Below are positions 17,329 to 24,776 of a DNA stretch of 32,000 bases, in pieces (position 1 is the first letter of the stretch; every line of letters starts with the position of its first letter). This stretch comes from Staphylothermus marinus F1. Lineage in GTDB: Archaea > Thermoproteota > Thermoprotei_A > Sulfolobales > Desulfurococcaceae. The position numbers were made by a program, and so were the translations under genes. Under the pieces are notes generated by a model, which saw only the letters and a list, made by a program, of their open reading frames with translations, was not told the DNA's origin and ran no database searches. Location of the stretch: contig NC_009033.1 in the NCBI RefSeq assembly GCF_000015945.1, forward strand, positions 1,290,001-1,322,000. Direction: 5' to 3'.

Positions 17329-18741
17329 TTATTTAAATAGGAGATCTCTGCCCCACCTATAAATTCCATAGATGTATCCAGTACTGTAGAATAAACACCA
17401 AAGACCAGTATAAACTATTCCATATATTATCAGTACTATCCCTGTTAATAGAATTAATATACCTATAATGATTTCTATTGGTACACGGTAATGACTAGTT
17501 ATATGCTCGTATGTGCCCTTAGGGGTTCTCTTAAAACTCATTTTAATTCTTAGAAAAGCCTTTAATAAAGCAATGCTTATTGTAGGAGTTAGTAGAGTGG
17601 TTATGGCCGATGATCTTCCCAGGTTAACTATTGATCTCCAAACACCGTATCCGCATTCTCCTAAGCTTCTAACATAGTATCTAATATAAAGAACCGCTGA
17701 TACAAGCCATGGAACACCTAGTATCCATAACTCTTCGAAGAAATCATATTTTAGAAAATAGCTTATGGGAGCAACAATGAGAAATCCTAGAAATACAAGG
17801 AAAGCCGGCAGGTATTGTAGTAGGAAATTAAAAGCTTCAAGTTTAGCATACCATGGAAGAGGAGCTTTTAATATATCTTTAAATCTAGCAATAGCTGTAT
17901 CGGCTGATCCATAAGCCCATCTCTCTTGTTGAACCCTCAAACTTTTAAATCTCCTTGGAACTTCAACATAGACTTTTTCATCATTCAAAAACAGTATTTC
18001 CTTACCTCTAGCCATTATTCTACAGCCGATCTCCATATCATCTTGAATTCTCTCCTCATCCCATCCACCTAGTTCTCTACGTATAAATTCTGCATCAAAC
18101 AATGTTCCTGTACCGACGGGGAATACTGGCAGTTTTAAAGCACTTCTACCCTTATAGAGAGCATCAACAATAAACTTCATTGAAGCAAATACTGCTTCAG
18201 CCACCCTGGTATCTCTGTTTTTACCAGTCCATCTCGCAACAACAGCTACAACATTTTTATTCCTCATCATTATATTGACAGCTTTAACTATGAAGCTAGG
18301 GGATACTCGACTATCAACATCTACAATATATAGGTATTTGCCGCGGGAAGCATATAATGCAGTATTTAATGCTCCAGCCTTGTAGCCTCTTGGCTCAGAA
18401 CGCCATATAAGATGAATATTTAATCCGCGCTGTCTCCAAGAATATACTAGTTCCTCAATATAGGCTAATCTTTCAGGAGGATCATCTGAGACGATAATTA
18501 CTTCTATATTATCCCTTATATTCCAATTATATATATTATTGAGAGCTTCCTGCATTAACTCGATCGGCTCATTCCTTACAGGAATAATAATTGATACTAT
18601 ATCGTTAAAGGAAGTATTTTGTGTTTTAGGCAATCTATATCTTGTTCCATAATGGTAGAATACAATATATATAAGAAGGAAAATTGTTGAAGGAATAAAT
18701 ATTAGCAATAAACCAATTAACCCTATCATATATAAAATCAT
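17329..18741 (-). CDS. Membrane-integrated family 2 glycosyltransferase of the processive (cellulose/chitin/hyaluronan synthase-like) type
   Basis: It has an N-terminal TM helix, 'IIIPVRNEP', 'VIIVSDDP', 'YIVDVDS' (DxD) and 'RVQQERWAYGS' (Q(Q/R)xRW). At least four C-terminal TM helices follow. Confidence 0.85.
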   Translation of the reverse strand: MILYMIGLIGLLLIFIPSTIFLLIYIVFYHYGTRYRLPKTQNTSFNDIVSIIIPVRNEPIELMQEALNNIYNWNIRDNIEVIIVSDDPPERLAYIEELVYSWRQRGLNIHLIWRSEPRGYKAGALNTALYASRGKYLYIVDVDSRVSPSFIVKAVNIMMRNKNVVAVVARWTGKNRDTRVAEAVFASMKFIVDALYKGRSALKLPVFPVGTGTLFDAEFIRRELGGWDEERIQDDMEIGCRIMARGKEILFLNDEKVYVEVPRRFKSLRVQQERWAYGSADTAIARFKDILKAPLPWYAKLEAFNFLLQYLPAFLVFLGFLIVAPISYFLKYDFFEELWILGVPWLVSAVLYIRYYVRSLGECGYGVWRSIVNLGRSSAITTLLTPTISIALLKAFLRIKMSFKRTPKGTYEHITSHYRVPIEIIIGILILLTGIVLIIYGIVYTGLWCLFYSTGYIYGIYRWGRDLLFK

Positions 18742-18847
18742 TTCAAACCGCCTAGGTGCTTATTTCTCAATATAAATAGTATTAATAATCTATTTCCAAG
18801 ATAACATATTATCTGGGTTAAAAATAATCTGATTTATAGGTGATCAC

Positions 18848-20230
18848 ATGTTAACCGAGGACGAATTGTCTAAACTAATAAATTATGGATTAGAGAAAGG
18901 CGCTGATTTTATCGATATAAGAATTGAAGACTATGTTGAAATCTCGATCACAATTCGTGATTATATAGTTGATGAAGTCTCTAGCACAATTATGACTGGT
19001 GCAGGTATCCGTGTATTATATAATGGTGGATTAGGCTTTGCATCAACAAATAATTTATCATGGGATAATATGGTTAAAACACTTGAATCAGCATTAAAAA
19101 TTGCTAAGCTTTTATCAAGTAAAACAAATGTTAAATTAACAATTCTTCCAGCGAGGCATGATATTGTTCAGTCTAAACTAGAGGAGGATCCTAGGAGTGT
19201 TTCTCCAGAACAAAAAATAAATGATTTATTGAAGCTTAGTAAAGAAGTACTTTCGAGAAACGAAGCCATTAAAACTATTACTACAAGATACAAAGACATT
19301 ACTGGTAGAACAATATATGTATCAAGCGAGGATCGCTTTATTGAGCAACACTATAACTATACATGGCTTTATTCATGGGTTACAGGTAGGGAAAACGATG
19401 TTGTAGCTTCTGCGAGAACAGAGCTAGGCACACGTAAGGGATACGTTATTTTTAATAAATATCCCCAGGAAGAAATTGCAGATACACTAGTTAAAAGAGT
19501 TCTTAACCAGTTAAAAGCCGTTACTCCAAAAGGAGGATTGTACCCAGCAATACTAGCTCCCGAAGTTGTTGGTGTCTTCGCTCACGAAGCATTTGGTCAT
19601 TTAGCAGAAGCAGACCTCACAGTTTCTGGCAGTATATTAGCTGATAAGCTAGGCAAAAAGATTGTTAGTGAACTAGTTACAATAGTTGATGACCCAACAA
19701 TACCGGATGCCTATGGTACATTCAAATATGATGATGAAGGAGTTGAGACAAGACCTGTTAAAATTGTTGAGGACGGAGTGCTTAAAGAATTAATGGTTGA
19801 TCGAAAATTTTCTGCAATGCTAAATATGAAACCAACTGGTAATGCTAGAGCCGAGGACTATAATGTTCCTCCTCTGATTAGGATGAGAACAACATATATT
19901 GCACCCCGCGATATGTCTTTAGAAGAACTACTTGAAGATATCAAGTATGGCTACTACCTAGTAAGTTTTCGTGGCGGACAAGCTAATTTAGATGGAACAT
20001 TTCAGGTAGGGATCCAGGAAGCATATGAGATTGTTAATGGAGAAATAGGAAGACCTGTTAGGAATATGAGTATCAGCGGAAACACTATTGATACACTAAA
20101 ATATGTGAGCGGAGTGGGTAAAGATTTTCAATACTTTTATGGTAGGTGTGGTAAGGGACAAACAGCTTATGTCTCAGATGGTGGACCCCATATTAGAGTT
20201 GATAAAATATTAATTGGAGGTGCTAAGTAA
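18848..20230 (+). CDS. tldD: TldD-family metalloprotease
   Basis: It is 460 aa with the zinc motif 'HEAFGH' (HExxxH) and the C-terminal 'GGPHIRVDKILIGG' typical of TldD. It is followed by a PmbA-like partner with a 1-nt overlap (TAATG). Confidence 0.88.
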   Translation: MLTEDELSKLINYGLEKGADFIDIRIEDYVEISITIRDYIVDEVSSTIMTGAGIRVLYNGGLGFASTNNLSWDNMVKTLESALKIAKLLSSKTNVKLTILPARHDIVQSKLEEDPRSVSPEQKINDLLKLSKEVLSRNEAIKTITTRYKDITGRTIYVSSEDRFIEQHYNYTWLYSWVTGRENDVVASARTELGTRKGYVIFNKYPQEEIADTLVKRVLNQLKAVTPKGGLYPAILAPEVVGVFAHEAFGHLAEADLTVSGSILADKLGKKIVSELVTIVDDPTIPDAYGTFKYDDEGVETRPVKIVEDGVLKELMVDRKFSAMLNMKPTGNARAEDYNVPPLIRMRTTYIAPRDMSLEELLEDIKYGYYLVSFRGGQANLDGTFQVGIQEAYEIVNGEIGRPVRNMSISGNTIDTLKYVSGVGKDFQYFYGRCGKGQTAYVSDGGPHIRVDKILIGGAK

Positions 20231-21582
20231 TGGTTCGTTCAGAAATAAACATATATGATTTAGGAATACTTGCTCTTCGCGAAGCTATTAGGCATGGAGC
20301 TGATGAAGCGGAAGTCTATATTGTTAAAACAAAGGAGATAGAATCTACGATACAAAATAATAAAATAACAGAGATGACAACAAGCAGGGATGGAGGAATA
20401 AGTTTACGCGTATCAATCGGTAAAAAACTCGGTTTCGCATCAACAAACAAGCTTATCTCAAACGAACTAGGGAAACTTGCTGAGAAAGCCGTAGCAATCG
20501 CTAAGGCTTCAAATGAGGATAAGGACTGGCCAGGATTTCCTCCCCCACAAGAATACAGTATGGTTAAAAAGATATTTTCTCCACAGCTAGCGGAAATAGA
20601 TGAGGATACAATTATTGAGAAAACAAAGCAATTATTAGAAAACGTATTAGTAGATAAAAGAATAACCATGGTTTATGGAGGCATCAGTGTTCATAGAACA
20701 AGTATTGCTGTACTAAACACTAATGGTTTATCCAATATACAACATTTAACAGCTAGCATAGTATTCACCGAAACACTAGCAACTGAGACTGGCAATACTA
20801 CACCAATCGTCACACTTGTTGATCACTCGAGAACCTCGATACCAAGCATTGACAACTTAGCTAAGAGAGCAGTTGAAGAAACACTTTCATGTCTGAAACC
20901 AGTCAAAATCGAACCAGGAAACTACCCTGTTATAATGACTGCTTCAGCTATTGAGAGCTTGTTCAACTATACATTATTTGAAGCTCTAAAAGGAGATAAT
21001 GTGGTTCGTGGTAGAAGTCCTTATAAGGGCAGAGAAAACGATAAAATAGCCTCGGAAAACCTTACATTAATCGATGATGGAACACTGAATCAGGGCCTCT
21101 TTACAGCATTATTTGATCACGAAGGAGTAAGTATGAAGAAGAAAATACTGATAGAAAACGGTATACTTAAACAATTCTTATTCAATCATTATTGGGCAAA
21201 AAGATATGGTGGGGAAAGCACCGGGAACGCTATGCGTAGCTCCTATAATTCTATTCCTAGAATATCTCCGACAAACATCTTGATAAAGCCGGGTGATACA
21301 AGCTTTGAAGAGATGATCAAGGAAACCAAGAAGGGACTACTAGTTAAAGGTCTACAAGGAGCGCATAGTAGTAACCCAGAAACGGGTGAATATAGTGTAG
21401 TAGCTACTCCTGCATGGCTCATTGATAACGGAGCAATAAAACCTGTTAGAAATGTTATGATTGCTGGAAAAATATATGATGAACTATTCAGAATAGATAT
21501 GATTGGTAGGAGAACTGAGAAATGGATACATGTATGGACACCGCCAATAAGGTTTTCGAATATAAGAGTAATACCTAGGTGA
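20230..21582 (+). CDS. pmbA: PmbA/TldE-family protein (non-catalytic partner of TldD)
   Basis: It is 450 aa with the same fold pattern ('FDHEGV', 'LLVKGLQGAHSSNPETGEYS') but no HExxxH. It is translationally coupled to tldD. Confidence 0.85.
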   Translation: MVRSEINIYDLGILALREAIRHGADEAEVYIVKTKEIESTIQNNKITEMTTSRDGGISLRVSIGKKLGFASTNKLISNELGKLAEKAVAIAKASNEDKDWPGFPPPQEYSMVKKIFSPQLAEIDEDTIIEKTKQLLENVLVDKRITMVYGGISVHRTSIAVLNTNGLSNIQHLTASIVFTETLATETGNTTPIVTLVDHSRTSIPSIDNLAKRAVEETLSCLKPVKIEPGNYPVIMTASAIESLFNYTLFEALKGDNVVRGRSPYKGRENDKIASENLTLIDDGTLNQGLFTALFDHEGVSMKKKILIENGILKQFLFNHYWAKRYGGESTGNAMRSSYNSIPRISPTNILIKPGDTSFEEMIKETKKGLLVKGLQGAHSSNPETGEYSVVATPAWLIDNGAIKPVRNVMIAGKIYDELFRIDMIGRRTEKWIHVWTPPIRFSNIRVIPR

Positions 21583-21587
21583 TATAC

Positions 21588-22229
21588 ATGGTCATAGTTG
21601 AATGGCATGGACACGCATGCGTTTCCATAAAGAAAAGCAATGATTATACAATAGTTTTCGATCCACATGATGGAGTAAGCATAGGCTTACCTAGACCTAA
21701 CGTGAAAGGCGACCTGATACTGGTTACTCATGATCATTTTGACCATAATGCTGTCGATATTGTTAAGAAAGAAAGTAGCAGGGTATTCAAAGAATTTCAT
21801 GGAGAAGCATTAATAGATGACGTCAAGATAGAGGGGATAAAAACATATCATGACAAATTCCAGGGAAGGAGAAGAGGCATCAATACAGTTTATGTTGTAG
21901 AAGTTGAAGGATATAGGATAGCGCACCTAGGAGACTTAGGACATAAATTATCTGATGAATTAATTGATAAGCTCAGAAACATAGACTTATTAATTATACC
22001 GGTTGGAGGCACATATACTATAGGCCCTGATGAAGCATGGGATATAATTACAGAGGTTCAACCTAATAATGTCTTACCAATACATTACTGGGTAAAAGGA
22101 TTAAATCTACCATTATTCCCAATAGATGATTTCCTTGTATATGTTAAGAAGTACCATGTAGTCCGACTAGACACTAGATCATTCAAATTAGGAGAGTATG
22201 AGAAAAGCATAATTATACCTAGAATCTAG
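21588..22229 (+). CDS. Metallo-beta-lactamase-fold hydrolase (UPF0173-like)
   Basis: Family motifs are 'VEWHGHACV' and 'LILVTHDHFDHN' (HxHxDH). ATG 21588 lies behind AGGTGA, while the ORF opens at GTG 21579 and overlaps the pmbA stop. Confidence 0.8.
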   Translation: MVIVEWHGHACVSIKKSNDYTIVFDPHDGVSIGLPRPNVKGDLILVTHDHFDHNAVDIVKKESSRVFKEFHGEALIDDVKIEGIKTYHDKFQGRRRGINTVYVVEVEGYRIAHLGDLGHKLSDELIDKLRNIDLLIIPVGGTYTIGPDEAWDIITEVQPNNVLPIHYWVKGLNLPLFPIDDFLVYVKKYHVVRLDTRSFKLGEYEKSIIIPRI

Positions 22230-22296
22230 TATTTCCTATTACATTGATAAATAATGAAGCCTTGCAGAAAACAAGATAATCGAGGCATAGATCATA

Positions 22297-22485
22297 ATGG
22301 AACATGATAGAGTTAAACACTTAGAATCTATTGTTAAAGAACTAGAAGAACTAACAAATTATAGTAGAGAATTTCTCAAACTAGTTTACAGAGATAAACA
22401 TGATTACCAGATAAACATGATAATAAAAAAGGCTACAATGATATATAAAATACTAGTTGATACATCATATCATGGAGTTCTATGA
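22297..22485 (+). CDS. Hypothetical small helical protein (62 aa)
   Basis: It has an ATG start and a charged helical sequence, and it is co-directional with the TldD-PmbA-MBL genes. Short length limits confidence. Confidence 0.35.
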   Translation: MEHDRVKHLESIVKELEELTNYSREFLKLVYRDKHDYQINMIIKKATMIYKILVDTSYHGVL

Positions 22486-22529
22486 TGAAAATTAATTCTG
22501 ACCGAAAAGGATGAAGAAGGATCAACCGG

Positions 22530-22587
22530 CTGATCAGTTCGCTGAAAGCTCATCATATACTCAGACACTGGCGGTTTCCTCACCCAA
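22530..22587 (-). ncRNA. C/D box sRNA (2'-O-methylation guide)
   Basis: The minus strand reads 5'-uugg GUGAGGA(C, 22583-22577) AACCGCCAGUGU(12 nt) CUGA(D', 22564-22561) GUAU AUGAUGA(C', 22556-22550) GCUUUCAGCGAA(12 nt) CUGA(D, 22537-22534) ucag-3'. A 4-bp terminal stem (two G.U pairs) closes it. A TATA-like TTTTATATT lies 26 nt upstream of box C. Confidence 0.55.
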
Positions 22588-22609
22588 TTAGGATAATACT
22601 TATGAGTGG

Positions 22610-22618
22610 AATATAAAA
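22610..22618 (-). promoter_or_regulatory. TATA-like box for the candidate C/D sRNA
   Basis: The minus-strand TTTTATATT ends 26 nt upstream of box C. That spacing fits an archaeal TATA-to-TSS distance with a start a few nt before box C. Confidence 0.3.
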
Positions 22619-22832
22619 CAGTTATTATAAGGGGATGAACGACTCCTGCCCCATATGATAGAGGCTATATTTGCCGATGATTTTGCCAGGCCGGAGGCGA
22701 CCCCTTTATTTAATCATGTTTTCTATGACTTAGTTATTCTTTAATTATCTTGAACTGTTTAATAATATGTTTTTTGATACTTTTATAAACATAATAAAAT
22801 ATTGTTAAGACGAGTTTTGTGTGGTGTTCGTT

Positions 22833-23126
22833 ATGGCTTATACTTGGGAGCCTAAATGGGAGAAATATAGGGTTGAAGTGGACGGTATAATTCTTTACAC
22901 TTGTAGAGATAAGATTACTGGAATGATTGCTTGCCCTATATGTATACATGCAGCATCCACTTGTTTAGAAACCGAAAAAAGGCGTCCTAGAGATTATACT
23001 GTAGAAAATAGTTTCTTTTTCTCTCCGCATGATCTGATTGTTCATATAAGAGAGTATCATGCTAGAGGATTGAATAAGAAATATCTAGTTTCTTCGGAGA
23101 AAAAGTATAAGAAGTTGATAAAATGA
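22833..23126 (+). CDS. Small putative zinc-binding protein (Cys2/His-rich)
   Basis: 'ACPICIHAASTC' and 'HDLIVHIREYH' provide CxxC plus spaced His ligands. ATG 22833 lies behind GGTG, while the ORF opens at GTG 22821. The stop overlaps the next start (ATGA). Confidence 0.5.
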   Translation: MAYTWEPKWEKYRVEVDGIILYTCRDKITGMIACPICIHAASTCLETEKRRPRDYTVENSFFFSPHDLIVHIREYHARGLNKKYLVSSEKKYKKLIK

Positions 23127-23983
23127 GGTACGATATTAGATTATATGGTAACTTCACATATGATATAATAGTGATTCGAAGAGAATTGCTTAGTGAAAGA
23201 TTAGGTGGAGGAGTGTATTATTCATCCATACCTTTTATTATTGACAATAAATACAATGTGAAAATATATGCAGTTATATCTCCGATCATCTATTATAGCA
23301 GTAAACTACTGAGATACATTGTTCAAGAACATTTCTCTACGAGAACAAATATATTTAAACTAATATATAATGGAGCAAAGAGAACCATTATAGTAGTTGA
23401 TCGAGCGCCGCAAATTGATATGTGTATTAAAAGCGAGAAAGCAGATGTATCTATAGTAAATCCTGTTCTCGGAGAAGTATCAACATCGTTGCTGAGACGA
23501 ATAAGGGTGGATTCAAAAATAGTTGCAATCGATATTCAAGGATTTGCACGTATAGTTAACAAGCATAACATCATTGTTACTAGACGTACAAGTGATTCTT
23601 TAGAAGCAATTAAGTTATCAAACATAGTTCATATGAGCTTAGATGAAGCTATTCAATTAACACAGGCAAACAATATAGATCATATAACAACAAAACTTAG
23701 CAGAATAAGTAAGAATACATTATTTATAATAACAAATAGTGAAAATCCACCTATTCTAATTTTCAGAAATAAATATAGGATCATAGGATCTAGACAAAAA
23801 CCAGTACAAGACCGTACAGGAGCAGGTGATTATTTCTTAAGTGTCTTCACAAAAGAATACATTGAAATTAATGACGAAATAAAATCAATGCATTATGCTT
23901 TAAGAGAAACAACTAAATGGTTGGAGAGGAGAAATGCCTCATCGCAGTCCACCGCCCCTAAACCACCACCGCCTAACCCATAG
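23123..23983 (+). CDS. PfkB/ribokinase-family carbohydrate or nucleoside kinase
   Basis: Family motifs are 'RLGGGVYYSS' (GG lid motif), 'IITNSENP' (NxxE) and 'DRTGAGDYFLSVF' (DTxGAGD anion hole/catalytic Asp). The last ~14 codons (SSQSTAPKPPPPNP) run into a GC-rich inverted-repeat element. Confidence 0.75.
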   Translation: MRYDIRLYGNFTYDIIVIRRELLSERLGGGVYYSSIPFIIDNKYNVKIYAVISPIIYYSSKLLRYIVQEHFSTRTNIFKLIYNGAKRTIIVVDRAPQIDMCIKSEKADVSIVNPVLGEVSTSLLRRIRVDSKIVAIDIQGFARIVNKHNIIVTRRTSDSLEAIKLSNIVHMSLDEAIQLTQANNIDHITTKLSRISKNTLFIITNSENPPILIFRNKYRIIGSRQKPVQDRTGAGDYFLSVFTKEYIEINDEIKSMHYALRETTKWLERRNASSQSTAPKPPPPNP

Positions 23984-24210
23984 CCTCCCGGAGGCCTTCT
24001 GCTCGGCCTCCTCGGGAAAAACCCTAGAGGCTATGGGTTAGGTGTGTTAATTGTTATGTTGAATTAACTTGTTTGGCATAAATGCCGTTGAATATGTAAG
24101 ATATCGTTTTGTTAAAGGCAATGTATGGGTATGGCAAATTTATTAAACATGCCATATTACCGGGCGGTGGTGGTATTATGTATAACGATTTCTTGTGGGC
24201 GGTGGACTGC
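23944..24210. ncRNA. Candidate large structured RNA or DNA element: four nested GC-rich helices around a ~120-nt AT-rich core
   Basis: There are perfect nested complementarities of 14, 12 and 14 bp plus a 9-bp bulged hairpin (coordinates in the findings). It lies in a convergent intergenic spacer. The GC-rich arms contrast with the AT-rich genome. The strand is undetermined. Confidence 0.4.
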
Positions 24211-24260
24211 TCGGCATTTATATATTTTGTTTAATCATCCTTATAAATATTTGTTCGTGA

Positions 24261-24656
24261 TTAGAACGCATCAACTAGAGCGGCGGCTAGAAACCCGTGA
24301 TCCCATATTCTAGCTGCTGTAATAAATGCTTCTTCTTTAATGAATGTGCCTTTATTGACTCTATCTAGAATAGCCTCGATGAATTCTTCTTTTGTGGGTG
24401 CTCTTCCTATAAACATGGTTTTACCATTAATTATGATCTTAGGTAAATCAGCATATTCAATACCTAAAGGTTCTCCAATCCATGTATGAATAGGTATAAC
24501 TTCGACCCAAATATTTTCTTTATCGAGTAGTTCTTCTGCAATATTCCAAGCTAGCTGTAAAGCTTTCTCACTTTCCTCGTCAAAATCAAGTAAAAGCATT
24601 ACTTGAACCTTTGAAACATCAAAATCAAATATTTCCTTATCGTTATTCAATAACAT
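24261..24656 (-). CDS. Thioredoxin/glutaredoxin-fold-like protein without a CxxC motif
   Basis: The beta-alpha-beta pattern is 'VQVMLLLDFDEESEKALQLAWNIAEELL...WVEVIPI'. The C-terminal 'LPKIIINGKTMFIGRAPTKEEFIEAI' resembles small Trx-fold proteins. The protein contains no cysteine. The start is GTG-ATG tandem. Confidence 0.4.
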   Translation of the reverse strand: MLLNNDKEIFDFDVSKVQVMLLLDFDEESEKALQLAWNIAEELLDKENIWVEVIPIHTWIGEPLGIEYADLPKIIINGKTMFIGRAPTKEEFIEAILDRVNKGTFIKEEAFITAARIWDHGFLAAALVDAF

Positions 24657-24776
24657 CACCCGTTCTTAAATAATCAAGTAGTATACCTTATAATATGCGT
24701 AGAAGAATAATACGCTAGAATTACTAGGAGTGACTATTTAAAAACAAATAATTATGTAGGCGATTTAAAGAATTGT

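Noticed and set aside
22482-22533. A plus-strand C/D-like arrangement: AUGAUGA-9 nt-CUGA-9 nt-AUGAAGA-12 nt-CUGA
   Set aside because: The C-to-D' spacer is 9 nt rather than ~12. There is no terminal stem, box C overlaps the stop codon of the 62-aa ORF, and much of the signal mirrors the palindromic CTGATCAG junction with the better minus-strand candidate. I keep it only as a weak alternative.
22685-22702. The sequence 'gccaggccggaggcgac' resembles the SRP RNA helix-8 motif (CAGGCCCGGAAGGGAGCA)
   Set aside because: The GGAA tetraloop and the flanking conserved bases are not present. The surrounding ~250 nt is too AT-rich and lacks the long helix 5 of a 7S RNA.
22734-22949. A 71-aa minus-strand ORF
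   Set aside because: It overlaps the promoter and 5' end of the better-supported plus-strand zinc-type gene. Its sequence is AT-rich and low-complexity, and no start context supports it.
23944-24210. Interpretation as tRNA (with intron), RNase P RNA, SRP RNA or H/ACA sRNA
   Set aside because: There is no T-loop (GTTCRAATC-like) or 7-bp acceptor geometry, no RNase P CR-I 'GAGGAAAGUCC' on either strand, no SRP helix-8 motif, and no two-sided pseudouridylation pocket with a 3' ACA. The element is therefore reported as unclassified.
24125-24313. A 62-aa plus-strand ORF in the convergent spacer
   Set aside because: It reads straight through helix arms B' and A' of the nested inverted-repeat element and into the antisense of the Trx-fold gene. 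It has no RBS and an implausible composition.
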